DNA of 64,000 bases from Azolla caroliniana (lineage: Eukaryota; Plantae; Polypodiophyta), in contig JBHGNT010000016.1 of the NCBI GenBank assembly GCA_043228905.1, positions 8,494,001 to 8,558,000 on the forward strand, read 5' to 3'. Below, one piece after another: positions 34,101 through 47,887 of this stretch. Made by a program: the position numbers and the translations under genes. The notes below the pieces were generated by a model. The model was given only the letters and a program-made list of their open reading frames with translations. It searched no databases and was not told the DNA's origin. The first letter of the stretch is position 1. Every line of letters starts with the position of its first letter.

Positions 34101-37100
34101 ATCATAAGCCACCAGTGAACTGGAGCTTAAGATGGCTTTTCTTAGTACTGAGTTGAAGATAGAAATCTATTACCAAGATCAACATGAATTTTGATGTCAA
34201 CAAATATAAGGTTTCAGAATTTATATACATTAGGTTCTGAGAGTTTTTTCAGTGATAGATACAAAACAAAAATGCCTGCGTGAGAAATGCAAATATCATA
34301 TGGTGAAAAGATTACCTCCCAAAATATAATTTTTTTATTATATAGGCACTCGCAAGGCCAACCTGCATAAAAGAACAGTTCTGTTTACTTGAACACAGTA
34401 CCATGATTACAGAATTTCAAGTAAAAGCACAAAACTTCCTTGCACATGTTCACTTACAAGAATTCCCATGATTGTACTCAAGATATAAAGATATATGAAC
34501 TCTCCCAAGATTTGTAGGATGGTAAACACATTAATCTCTGTCAAGTCAATATTTTCAACTGCTCGAAACAGCACAATAGATGTAGCATCATTAACCACAC
34601 CTTCACCAAATACAAGGCTATAAAGCAAGGGTGTCTCATCTTGACTAAGAACCTGGATTTAGAATTAGAATATTAATATGCCAATGTAGACCAATCATTT
34701 TCTCAAGGATTAGTTGATGTCAACTGGAGTTGAGCCCAATAAATTATTTACCTGTAAAGTACACACTGAATCTGTTGCAGAAAATATAACCCCAAGAGCT
34801 ATCAACAAGAAAACAACAGGAAACAAAAGCCCAAATTTAGCATTCAACAAGAAATTGACTGCTTAAGACGAAAACAAAAAAAATACATTTTCTTTTCTCA
34901 CCCATGTAATCTCGAACTTCCAATCCTTCAACATTGAGTAGTGGAAATATTAGCCTGCAACCTGGAAAAATAATTAATTCATATAAGGTCTTGTGGTAGA
35001 GCTGTAGCTTTATGAAATATACTTAGGTGGTAAGGATTTTTTATTTGATTCAAATATTCCTTATATCCAAAAAAATCTGTAAACAAATTTGGAACAGAGG
35101 AATAATATATACCTCCAGCAATGATCCCAAAAGAAATGAAGACTCCTATAATTCCAAAAAGCACTATGGCCGCAAAATTTTCAAAAAAACGTTTCTTCTT
35201 AACTTGGAACCTGTAATAAGAATATTTTATATGAAAACCTTTCATATCCAGATAACTTAAACTGCAGAACCCATAAAAATATCCTATAGTTTTTAAATAG
35301 ATGTAACTTGCATATATATTTGAGAGACAAAGGGTCGCATACTTTTGTCAAAAAGTACATAGTGTTTATTGAGAGGAGATCAAACCAAAACACTAAAGAA
35401 AATAATGAAAGCTTAGTTCCATTAAGAGGCATCAGGAAAACTTCACGGATATTTCATAGATTTCCAGAAATTGAACTAAGCCTCATATGGGATGTAGCTT
35501 GGATAACAACCTGCCGTTCTTTAACACAGTAGAATGTATCTAGAGACATTTTCACCCAAAGATTCTCCCTCTTCTCTGAAAATGGAATATAATAAGTTTT
35601 GGAGGTTGTGCATATTCTTTACAATCCTGGCAATTTCAGCAAAAGCTTCTATATTTCTTATGAGTGTCGTAGGTTACAACACATTTCTGATACACCTTAT
35701 CAGCATCTGATGTGATCATTCGTTAGAAAAGAGATATTTTGCGTGTTGTCTGATTTAAAGATATTATTTATAATAAAGACACATGTAATGACAGTTCTAT
35801 GTTTTAAACTTTGGGCCTTTTAGGATTTTAATACTATAAATTTGTATATCCGATCAGAAATTCTGCACTTTGTCATGGCCGTACCCTCTACAACTAATTC
35901 TAAAGGCTAATATTAATAGTTTCATGGTAGAATAAGTGGGGAAATGGTTAACTTAGATGTTCGGACAAAACCATAAGGACCTATGATGCATGGCAATGTG
36001 TGGTCATTTGAGAGCCTAAGAAGTCAAGCTATATAAAAGGAGCTAGCTACCTCCTTCAGGATGGTATCTCATAGACGATGTCAAGAATCTATTAGTGCGG
36101 TAAAGCTCTCATTATTTGGATCCGTATTCATCTTGACTCCAAGGTATAATACGATGACCACATTTGGTTGAAGATATGTTAATGGGGTTTTGTATTTGTA
36201 TCTTTTACTTCGTTCAAGGGTGTTTGGTGAGGTTCAGCACCCTTAACCATTCTTTTTCTTTCTTTCATTTATTGCAGTGAGGTTCAGCACCCTTAACCAT
36301 TCTCTTTCTTTCATTTATTTCTTACAGTAGTATTGAATCATAATAATAACTTCTCTCTACCATATCTTGGATTTTCTGATCATCCAATCCATCGAAATCT
36401 TTTCACCCATCCAATGATGAACAGCTCAATACTTTGGGTTTCTATATTAAATAATTGTGACTTGTATGGGGAGCATAATAAACTTGAGTAGTAATATTTG
36501 GTGTTAGGTTCACTGGCATAAAGCTGTGTTATTCATACAACACCTAGAAGGCAGATCAAAGACTCACATGGTCAGGCCAGTAACTTTACCTTACCATAAT
36601 TCAGTTTGTTCACATGCAGGATTTTGCATATGCGGTTCTCTTAGAAGAGGATATGTGAGTTCACTCTTAAATTGGTGCTCATAATTCCCATAAGTAACTG
36701 ATGACTGTAGTCCATATGGGTATGATCTTCTGCAAATGTCGTTACCTCAGACACTCTTTAAATACCTTACAGTTGAAGGTTAGGAATCCCATTTCTGTAG
36801 TGGCATGCATACCCATGGAATTGTGTTTGTAAAGAGAATCCAATACCCATAGAAATGGCATGTTTTATAACCCAAACAAAAAAGAGGACAATTATGTCAC
36901 TGCCTAAATACTATATATGGGTATAATTGCTCTTGCATAGAGCATAAACTTGGCATGATCTATCCACATAAGTATATTGGCAGATATGAACAATTCTGTC
37001 ACATTCCACATTAGAATATTACCAGATATGACAATCCAAAACAGGGATTATATTTTACTATTGCACAAGCCAGCAAATAGTTATATGGTGCAAAAGATAA

Positions 37101-40100
37101 CCAAATAGCTTACAAAGTTTAATACCAATACCGGTAAGAATCATTATGCATTTCATATATACCCTTATTTAAACTGGCCCATTGTCAAAAGATTGACTAC
37201 TAAAGCAAAAAAAGTAAAGAAAGAGTTTACCCTGCATTGAAGATGATGGGTGGTAACAGGTATATGAAGAAAATCTCCTCATCAAACTCTAGGAGGAGAG
37301 AATTACTGCCCTGGGTACAAAGCAAAACGAGGACACCTGTACACACACCCTTTGTAACAAACAGAGATAATATTAACTGTTGAAGGTAGCAGGTAAAAGA
37401 GGATAGATTTAACTTCTAAGTTATTCTGCTGTGATGCAGAAGGTTGGTTGAGAACATTATGTAATCAGAGAAAATAATGTTTTTTTATCACAAACAGAGA
37501 TCAAAGTTGGCCAATATTAGTACTTTTGGTCCTACTTTTGAAAGTAAGAACAAGATTGAGAACATTATGTAGCCAGAAAAGAAAGGGCATTCTTACAGAA
37601 AGAGATAGAAACCATTCAAGACCTATAAAACGAAATCTAGAAACAAAAAGGACTAGGTTAGCTTCAAATAATTGTCATATGCATAGTTCAAAGTCATTTA
37701 AGCAAAAAGTCATAAATACGTCATCCTTTTGTGATTTGTATTAAATGGAAGATTGAGTGCATTATGTGGCCAAATGATTGTTTCTCTTATTATGCAGAAA
37801 ATTGGCATCGCATAAACAGAATAAATACATTCTTTTTCTTTCATATAATCCAGAAGATTGAGAGCATTATGGAGCCAGAACTGTAATGTTTTATTTTCCT
37901 ATTACATAGAAAACTGAGATCATTATGTAACCAAGAAAAAGAAGCATATTTTTTTCAGCTTTACTGCAGAAGGTTGAGAGAATTATACATCATGAGGAGG
38001 CCAAGAGGTTTGTTTTGGTATCACCTATGTGTAATAATGGACTTGGTAGAAGAATGAAAAGAGAGGACAGTTGAGATGCAGAGAAAACAAAGAAGGAGAG
38101 GGAGATGATTACACAGGGTTTTCGAGTCCCCTAATAATCTATCGTAACTGGCAAGGGTAATACGTTTTGTTAGAATGTAATTAAAGGGAACCTAAGCTAG
38201 TCCACAATAGCCAAGAGACCTATATATCTCTTAGAAACTCTTGAGAGAGTTTTCAGATGAAAGGCTTTTACACCCAGAATTCTTGGTGCTATATACATGT
38301 ACACCCATCTAACCAATAGACATTAGGCTCTTTTTAATGCCAGGATCATATCTGACATTACAATCTTTTGAATGCCTATAATCAAAGCATCTTGTGGCCT
38401 TTCCTAACAAAATATTAGCATGCAGCATAGACTTTCCTTGGTTCCTGTTTCTTTGTTCTGCACTATATTTTCTGTTGCTTCTTTCAGCATTAGAAGAGCC
38501 ACTGCTCTCACCTCTGACCTTCCTTACCGTCTCTTCAATCAAGATAGAGCCTTTAGCCCCATCAAATATAAAAAATGAGACTACCATCAAAGGTTTTCAT
38601 GCATGAATCCAACGACTAATTCACTATGCTAGTAAAGTGGTAATGTGCTCATCGGCAACCTTTGACTGTGGCACAAACACTAGCTTGCTCATTAAATACA
38701 CTTGATTTCCACATGTGGAGTTTTCATATGCTTCTCTTAGCTTTTCTCAAAAATCATAATCACATTCCTTAAGAAATAGGATGCCATACATCCTAACCTT
38801 CCACGAACCAAAGCTTGTGCCATCAAATCTTTTGATCTCATATAGTTATTCCTAAATACGTGGAGGTAGCTAAGAAACAAGTACAATGACAAGGAATCAA
38901 ACTTGTACAATCTACAATCAAAGAAGAATGGATGAGGCATGTGAGACGACTCAATGTGATTCAGTGCATCCTTGAGCCATGAAATGCCAACCCCAAGCAA
39001 ATACAATTTATACCAAGCTTAGATATAGCAAGAAAAAAGCAACCTCATTCACCAAATATCACAAAGCAAAAAACAGACCACTAAATCTCAGGATATTACA
39101 ATTTCTTAATGAAGTAAGAGGACATGTCTTCCTCAAAAATTAAGTGATGTGGGTATGGAACAAGCACGCAAGGAAGTTGTTTGCTCCAATGGTCATGTTG
39201 TTACAAAAGGCAATGCTATCGAATAGGGATTCACAGCCTATCAGACGGCAGCATCAAAGCTACAGATTGCAATTTGGAACTGCGATGGATCACTTTGGAC
39301 ACACCCATGAAGAATGGAAGGGGTCATAGCTTGAGACATTCCCCCATTACAAAGATGCACCAGGCCACAGAAGGTCTACTTTGAGTTGAGGACTTCCAAT
39401 GGAGATTTGCATACATGACACATTACATCATGAGGGTTTGGCGGAATCATACTTCTCTTCTTATGAGCCTTACATCTGCACCAACAGGTAGTGGAGTAGG
39501 ATATAGAAGAAAAATACATATGGATTCGGCACAAGCTCTCAGAGCAAGACCCTTATCACAAGAGATGAAGAGATGAAGAAGCAAACAATGGGAATCAAGG
39601 AACTAAGATACGCAAGGAAACTGAATCACAGTATGTTGTCCTATCTGAGAGCATTATGCAGTGTTCAATGCTGGACAGAATTTCTGACATGAGACTTCTC
39701 AATGCAAGGAAGCAAAATGTTCAATGTGATATTTATGACTTGGAAAACCTAGAGATGACGCATTTGATACCTTCCAAGAGCTCACGAGCTTGTAGGAGCT
39801 CAACTGATTCAGGACCAATCATCATGAGATATATCAAACATCTATTAGTGCTCGGATATCAACATCTCCTAGTTAGCTATAAAAAGGATTTTACCATCTG
39901 AACTCAACCACACCCTTCAATCTACTACACTCCATACCTCTACCATCAATAGTTCCAAGGAGCATACCCCGAAATCAATGGTATGGCAATGAGTGTAAAG
40001 AGATGTATCAGCAACTTCATGCAAATGTAAGTTTGGGGAGGTTACACAACAAATATTTGGCAAGCAAATGAGAACGCTCATGCATCATAAAAGGGTTTAG

Positions 40101-41933
40101 ACCACCTTCCCATGCAAAGACTTGACCTTCACCTCAAACCAGGTGGAGAAGCCCATTTGACACCTTCAACACGTACAATCATCTGAACACACAACAGTAC
40201 AAGGTGAGCACCTCATATATGCGGTAAGCACACTTGCCCCTATCCTCACACACATGTTCAATAGGAAGATGATCGAAGGCCTTCACAAATATGCCTCTCT
40301 AATTGTCAAGATACCCTCTCCAACAAGGGAACTATCTGACTCTCATGATTGCCCACGCACTGACCAAACACTCATGGAGTGGTGAGTGAAGCAGAGGTCA
40401 ACAGATATGCCAAGGTCGAAGAAGTACAAGCCCAAGGCCAAATAGGATTTAGGATATTCTCCTCTAGGACTGATCAAATCCTTACATTAGGTTGTTTCAT
40501 GGACCAAGCAAAGGCAAAAAACTAGATTGTATGTATGCTTTTCAGATTTTCCACAACGGCTTTGATATTGCACAAACATAGTGCCTCATACAAAGATGCA
40601 CTCTAACATTATGTGCAGGGCACATGCACTTTTTGAGCAAGTGTTGGAATGAGATAGATGTCCACAAAGGACATAGGCAGTCATCACAACCAAGATAGAT
40701 GTCCACTCTACGCTCTTCAAACCCTATATCACTAAGGTAGAGAATAACACTGCGCATGGAGGCAGCAAGGGAATCAGTATCTTAAGTACACTTGTTCATA
40801 TTTTTCTTTACACTGATGATATAATCTTGGTCTCTGAATCTCATGCAAGTCTACAATTTCATCCCAATGCTCCAGATGGTTTTTTCAGCAATTCACTTAC
40901 AAGCTATCCGCCCCCCATCAGGACAGCAAGTTGAAGTGCGGGATTCCTGTGCCTATCTAGGAGCTGGGTACTTTTTTATAACCAAAGTTCACTCGAGGCT
41001 ATGCAGCTCTGGTTATTCTAAAACGACAATGCCACTAAACACACTTCTAGGAGCCTCATACCAAAGAACGGTTATTTGAAACCATGTCTGCCAGCCCACT
41101 GTATGGTGCAGCAACATAGGCCTCGAGCCTCTCTATCTGCAAGTGGACACACTAGAGCACCTATTAGTCATGATACACAGCAAAAGCCTCTACCCACACG
41201 AGATCATCCAAGCTAAATTGGGTACAGCCCCATGATGGGGCAAGCATTATTCCAGATAGTGAATCTCATCAACCAGATCTGAATCATGCCACCTCGAAGG
41301 ATTAAGAATTACATACATACATCATTCAAAGCATCATGAAAATGCCAACAGCATACAGAAAAAGATCCCCACTCTTCTCTCTCCTCTCTCTCCCCCCTCT
41401 GTGTGTGTGTGTGTGTGTGTCTGGAGGATATGAAGATATGCAATGAGAACCTACCTGCAGACAAATCACTTACTTATCACATGCATAAGGTAATTCGCGA
41501 GAAATATGATCATTTGTTAGACCAGCATGATAACGTGAGTGTCATACTCAACTTTCCACCAACAAGGGTGAGCGCATATGTGCGTGCATTATTTTCACAT
41601 CCGGAGTTTTTACAGCATGTTAGTAACCCGCCTTCTTAGGAAGGAGCCACATACAAACATACAATATGATATGTTGATTTGGCTTCATCATGAACGATAA
41701 AGTATCTATTCTATTTGGTAAAGAGAATGTACCAGGATTAAGGCTGAGATGGATTCATTCATCCATTTATTCTCTTCAAGGAGGTGACCGATGATCATAC
41801 AGATACACAGAAGAACCACCATGAGGGTGATGGAGATAACCAGGCTTTGATCGGCATCACTCTTTAGAGAAAACCCAGACTCGGGGAATCTCATCTTACT
41901 GCTTCCCAGCAGAGATGCAAGGTTAGACACCAT
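31171..41933 (-). CDS. NHX1: Vacuolar/tonoplast class-I Na+(K+)/H+ antiporter (NHX1/NHX2-like), 14 coding exons, 548 aa
   Basis: Exons (all GT-AG): 41933-41733, 37349-37231, 35210-35113, 34961-34902, 34798-34752, 34652-34458, 34362-34316, 33757-33691, 33598-33498, 33421-33320, 33219-33081, 32836-32774, 32698-32627, 31506-31171; total 1647 nt, in frame. Motifs: GHLLEENKWMNES, amiloride site FFIYLLPPIIFNAG, ATDSVCTLQ, FGEGVVNDA, WWAGLMRGAVS, WRKFDNAYMRPMFGGRGFVP. The exact paralog is not determined. Confidence 0.96.
31644..32600. repeat. Higher-order tandem repeat: 3 x 318-319 bp, each built from ~31-bp subunits, filling NHX intron 13
   Basis: Units start TATAGAAAAAAAGACTG at 31644, 31962 and 32281; subunit CATAACCTGAATGTATTGTTATGAGCATATG. 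Confidence 0.95.
38900..41350 (+). mobile_element. Highly degenerate LINE remnant in NHX intron 1, antisense to the gene
   Basis: RT-like residues DF..AFD (~40545) and YTDDIILVS (~40809); 3' part resembles 29800-29950. Boundaries are approximate. Confidence 0.5.
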
Positions 41934-41935
41934 TC

Positions 41936-41970
41936 CTGAGATAGAAAAATGAAAGAGAAAGAAATATATG
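41936..41970 (-). other. Probable splice acceptor of a 5'-UTR intron, 2 nt before the NHX start codon
   Basis: Minus strand reads tttctttctctttcatttttctatctcag|GAATG. Confidence 0.55.
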
Positions 41971-42894
41971 GGGATGAAGATTCTTGGCTCGATTTTATGT
42001 TCAACAATCTTCTTTTGTCATCAAACTTATTATTCTGCTTCAAAAGTAGTAGTAGTGGTAGTAGTATTATTATACTTTCTCTCTTTCTCTTTCGTTTCTT
42101 CAAATTTATTCTTCTTCTTTCTTCAGAATCCTTCTTCCTTCATCATGAAACTTCGAAGATCAGATGATGGCTAAGGGAAGCTTTTTCTCCTTCAAAATGG
42201 GGATGCTTTAACGAAGCCTTGGAAAGCGAGATGGATAGCTTGAAGCTTTCTTATATGCTTCGGCTCATTCTGCTGCTGCACTACTGCCGTGCTGCTTATT
42301 ACAAGGAAGGAAGGAAGCTATGTCGGCTCCGTCTGTGTGGCTGCGTCGATCGGATCTGTCAGAAACAGAGAGAGAAGAAGAAGAAGAAGAAGAAGAAGAA
42401 GAAGAGGCAAAGGAAGGATTCAACAACTCCACTCAAGAGACGTGCAGAGATTATATTTAAAACAGAGAATAATAAATAAATAAATAAGAACGAAAGCAGC
42501 AGAAAAATATGAAAGAAAAGACGGAAGGAAGGAAGGAAGGAAGGAAGAAGAGAAGAGACAGATATGTATATTCTCAGGAGGTTTTTCCTCTTCACTATGT
42601 ACATTACTGACTCATCATCATCAGACGAATCAAACGAATGCAATGAAAATGAAAATGAATGAATCAGCAGCAGCAATAATAATCAAGATTCTAACATCAT
42701 CATCATCTCATACTCACCTCCCATCATGCCATGGATGGCATGACATGTTTGCCCCCCCCATGACATGGCCCTTTGAGGGCATGCCATGTCATGACTCATG
42801 GCATGGCATAGCCCCGCCCCATGAGGGCATGTCATGCATGGCATGAGGGCATCTTCTCTCTTTCTCCCTCTCTCTCTCTCTCTCTTAGTTGTTC

Positions 42895-42930
<36 letters not shown>

Positions 42931-43289
42931 GCTAATTTAGCTCATTCGTTGATATTAATTATGTATTTCGAGTTTATGTTACCTTCTTCTGTCTTGTTTT
43001 TGCTTGTACTCATTTCATTTTGGATTTCTTCCTCGTTTATGTTTTACCTTCTTCTGTCTTTTTTTTGCTTGTACTCATTTCATTTTGGATTTCTTTCTCT
43101 TCTTCTTCGTCTTTTTCTTTTGTTTTTTTGCTTTTCACCATTTCCGACAATTTATTTATTTACTTAATTCATTTATTTATGCATTAACGGTTGCTCAGAG
43201 TTAAGTGACAAGTAATCTAACCAAATTCCCCCAGCCTTTCTATCTCTTTTAAGTGTAGATGCACATACACACACACACATATATATACA

Positions 43290-43458
43290 TATATGGTATA
43301 TATATATATATATATAATTATCCTTTATAAGATCCGTGGGAGGCTAATTGAGATCTATGAGACAGGGCGTCAAAGCCCATGGCCAGGATCGAACTTGGAC
43401 CTCTCAAATCTTCTGGCTTTGATGCTACAATGTGCATAAACCACCAAGCCAATAGCCC
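43290..43458 (-). mobile_element. tRNA-derived SINE-like element upstream of NHX
   Basis: A-box TGGCTTGGTGG (43451-43441), B-box AGTTCGATCC (43395-43386), short body, then a (TA)n tail. Confidence 0.55.
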
Positions 43459-44289
43459 AAGAGACAAATGCTCTTGTCGGAGCATCATTATCCCATGGCT
43501 GATCTCACTCCCCTCTCTTTACTTTCATAAAGATTCTTCCAAGCATTTCACTACACACACATCACTGTCGTTTGAATGCTCGCTCTTTTTTGACCGAATG
43601 TGGGATGCGGATCATTCCCTTTTTCTTTACCTTTACACCAAAGTAGTGTAATATATGTAAACAGTGAGAGATATTGTAACAAAAAAGAACCCATCTTGTC
43701 CCTACTCCTACAATAATAGTGACAGGATTATTTGACAACGTAATCAACACTTCTAAGATACTTGAAATAAAGGCAACTCCTTGGAGATAAGGCGTCAATA
43801 GGGCTTTCCAAACGCTTCCGACTTGGGTCCAATCCATCCCTCAACACATTCCTCTCGCCATGGTAGTGCCCTTGCTCTCAATCTCCCCCCCCCATAGTAG
43901 GCAAAAATGTTTTACTTTCATACCCATGGATAATATTTGACCCCCGAGGACGATAATACAACCCCCCCCCCCCCACCCCCCCTCATGCACAATTACATTA
44001 TGAAAAGAGTATAGTTTCACATACCAATTAACCAAATAAAATATTCCCATTTGTTCCATTAAAAAACATAGTTCACTTTACCTTATTTATAGAAATGTCA
44101 TTAAACCCCTAGAATGCTTTACATCTCGACCATTTGCTTCCAAGATGAAAAAAAGATCAAGAAAGTACATATATAATTGCAAATGTCTTTTCTTTTTTTC
44201 TTTTTTTCTTTTTTTAAAGTCAAGATTCACCGTGGTATTAATGAAAAGATGCCCAAAGGCTACAAAGTATCCATACAATCTATTACAAC

Positions 44290-45740
44290 CCTCCTACCCA
44301 CATGAATCAACATGTGTAGTAGTGGAAACCCTCATGCAAGGTCTTTTCAAGACAGGGGGCGGAAAAAGCCATCTTGGTGGAGCGTATCTCCATTTTATTC
44401 TATCCCCAAAATAGGTGAAGACCTCTGCCTTTTTCCAAATTTCGCGAAATTGTTGTTGCTTGCGAAACACAACATTAGGCTCACCATGTATTGCTTCATA
44501 TTGACCTCTTAAAGTATGCAGGAGCATCAACCATATCTCCTTGACTAACTCAACCGCATTTGGTTTGACATTCTGAAATACACACTTACATCTTGTCTTC
44601 CATAATATCCAAACTACTAAAGAAGATATAGTAGACCAAACCTTGTCTTCTTCCAAACAATGGATTGGTGTAGTATAAGAGGCCTCCAACACTTGTCTTC
44701 CATCAGAGAGGAGAAGAAAATTAACACAGTCCCTTTCATAATTATGTATTTCTTCAGCCAACCTTCCCCATCTCACAAAACCCCATGTGTACACCTGTTT
44801 ACCATAAATAGGATACAAAATTCTCAACACTCTTTTCCATACCGCTCTAGCTATAGGACATACCCATAAAACATGGTGCACCGTTTCATTGGGCAAACCA
44901 CAATTGTCACATTTTAAATCATGGCAATGCCCCTTCATCCATGACTTCACAGGGGTGCCATAATGTACCAACAACCATCTAAACAAGACAACTTTTCTAG
45001 GAATTTCCATGGCCCATAGCCATTTCCAATAAGCATTTAACCAAGAGTGTCGTACATTACCCAAGTTCCAAAATTTACATGTTGTTGGCGTAATAGCCAC
45101 ACGCCTCTTTAGCAATTCTCTACCCATTTTTATCGAGTACTAAAAAAATGGGATTTGCTTGCCTAGTATTCCTTGTGGTAATATGCTTTGCCATTTCCAT
45201 TCATTGGGATCCCACAAAAGTTTGTCAATAGGCTTATTCTCGTAGACCCACAATTCAGATAAATTGTTTATATCATTTGGGTGTGGATTCAACATCCATT
45301 TTTTTATCGTTTTTCCACAAGATACGAACAGGCAACATACTCCCTTGAGATACAACTTCGTCTTCCATAACGATAAAATGAAGCCGTCCAGACCACAAAA
45401 CATCGAAATATAGACAGTCATGAGAGTTTTTATAAGCTCTGACCCCCAACAAGACATGTAAAGATGAAAACATACCATACCAAAATAGACCACTTTGAGA
45501 AGGTTGAAAAGAATGCATCGTAAACACTCTATAAAAAATATAGCCAATTCCTTACCGATCTAGCTTCTCCTCTATCAAAATCAGCCCATTTCAACCTAGT
45601 TCTTTTCCCTAACATTCCCCCCTCCTCAGATAGAAATAATGGGTTCATTATGAGGGGTTGTCGCAACCATTCCTCCATACATGATGGTAGAGATTGGACC
45701 AAGTTATGTTTCAAATCCCACCATGCCTTCATGATACCAT
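44290..45740 (-). mobile_element. 5'-truncated L1-type LINE 3' end with zf-RVT domain
   Basis: ORF 44294-45127: WKWLWAMEIPRKVVLFRWLLVH...CDNCGLPNETVHHVLWVCPIARAVW...WILWKTRC. Confidence 0.85.
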
Positions 45741-45847
45741 TATGAGGGGTTGTCGATGCAAGGAAATTTGACGTTAGATGAAGTTGTTGAATCCCACACT
45801 ACATGTCTCTCTTACGACACCATTATCTAGGAAATAAATATGATATA

Positions 45848-47520
45848 CCCTAATTTTGATCCTAGGTATTTTATTGAATTACAAAAAGGGAATGCTCATT
45901 TAGCAACACAATCTAGCTGGATACTAAAACATATACGCAATCTAGTTGGATACTAAAACTTATATGTTTCGTAAGGTTTAATGTGCAACAAAGATTGGTC
46001 TTACAAAAGAACCAAGAAAAAAGATAATGGCTTGTCATGATGAGATTTCGATACATCACATCGGATTTTGGTCTCCAAATGGAAAATAGAATTCATGTAC
46101 ACTAGCCTCGATGGACGTAGCAAGTTTGACTCCCATCATTTTTATATTGGTTTCTCTCACATAACTTTTCACTCAAAGCTTGGATTCGTGTTTTGAAAAT
46201 TCCTTCATGATCCTCATAGAGATCCCTTACTTTGACATTTGGTACAAAGCTCTAGACATGTTCTATGGGTGAAATCTTTGTGTCGGGGCAATGTGTTACT
46301 CAATGCAGTAACCTACAATTCATTATTCTTTGGTTTTATCCTAAATTCATGTAAAGACTCGACCCCATTACATGGATTAGTTTAATTGCAAATAAATTAG
46401 AAGATAGAATTATAAGATTTAGTGCAGCTTCGAGATGAGATCCTTGAGTTCCAATCTAGTGAACCAACGTGATAACTTCATCGCCTTTTGTCGTTGATGG
46501 CCTTGAACACTCTCCACATTCGCGATCTCAAGTTCATGTAAAAAATTCAACTATGCTTTTGAGAGATCCTCGAGTTTCAGTCCAAGGTACATGCGAGACC
46601 ACTTCATTGCCTTTTGTCATCAATGGCCTTGAACATCTTCTAAATTCGTGATCTTGTACAAAAATCGGGTTCCCCGCAATGAGCTCTCCTCTCCCTTTTA
46701 TAGGCATGTGGAGCTCTTCATGAAAATAAAAATAGTTACTCACTTTTTAGCATGCACCGATATTCCCTAATTTTGATCCTAGGTATTTTGTAATATTACG
46801 GAAAGGGAATGCTCGTTTAGGAATGATATCTAACTAGATACTAAAGCCTTTATGTTTCGTAAGGTTTAATGCCCAAAAAAGATTCGTTTTATGGAAGAAC
46901 CAAGAAAAAAGATAATGGTTTCAGTCATGATGAGATTTTGATACATGACATCGGATTTGGTCTCCAAATGGAAAATAGATTTCATACTTGAATGTTCCGT
47001 TAGACTCAGATGTCATCCTATTGATTGTATGCTAGCTAGCTAGCCTTGTTCAACGTAGCAAGCTCGATTGCCGTCATTTGAATCTCAGATTCTCTCACGT
47101 AACTTTTTCACTTAGAGCTTGGATTCGTGGTTTGAAAACACCTTCGTGATCCTCACCAAGACCCCTTTACGCTAGCATTTGGTACGAAGCGAACCAATGT
47201 GAACCAATGTGACAATTTCATCGCCTTTTGTTGCTGGTGGCCTTGAACACCCTTTGCATTCGCAATCCCCAGTTCATGTAAAAAATTCAACAATGCTTTC
47301 GAGAGGAGATCTTCAAGTTTCAGGCCAAGGGACATGCAAGATAGCTTCATTGTCTTTGGCCATCCGTGGCCTTGAACACCCTTTGAATTCACGATCTCGC
47401 ACTCATGTTGAAATTTGAGAGCACTTTTGCCTCATACAAAAATCGGGTCCCCCACATTGAGCTCTCCTCTCCCTTTTATAGGCATGGGAAACAAAAATAA
47501 TCACTCACTTTTTAACGTGC
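45848..47520. repeat. Diverged tandem duplication (~920 bp first unit, shorter second unit)
   Basis: CCCTAATTTTGATCCTAGGTATTT at ~45848 and ~46765; GAGCTCTCCTCTCCC.TTTATAGGCATG at ~46681 and ~47459; internal GGCCTTGAACA repeats. Confidence 0.85.
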
Positions 47521-47887
47521 ACTTTCACCTATCTTCGTCAATCACCTAACACGAGTGAGCAAAATGTTGATCTCCATGTCCATCCATCCGCATCTTGATG
47601 ACATCTACTTGATCACTTGTAGTCCACACAAAACTCAAACCCTTGACCGTTTATTAACAATGTAAGCTTTTAACAATTGATTTATGTCTTTTTTATTATT
47701 TTTGACTTCATCTCATTTCATGTCCTTATTGTTATATTGTTTCTCTATCCTTCAATCTTTTATATGTATTAATTTTGACGTATTTCCTCATGTAAGCTTT
47801 TCACATCATGACAACGATCCTCATTAAAGTAGATGCATGAATGGGAGTCTCAATGGGGAAATCTGAGGGACAGATGAATGTGGGAGT

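Noticed and set aside
35784-36326. Solo LTR in NHX intron 2 (TG..CA, TATA, 50-bp duplication at 36228-36320)
   Set aside because: There is no TSD and no second copy in the window to support the boundaries.
36698-36720. Other CTGATGA/CTGACGA matches (e.g. 36699, 40813, 19218, 20748) as hammerheads
   Set aside because: No stem II plus GAAA follows; several are RT or Pol coding sequence.
41949-43204. Many short ORFs upstream of NHX
   Set aside because: They are artefacts of (AAG)n, (TTA)n and pyrimidine-rich UTR/promoter sequence.
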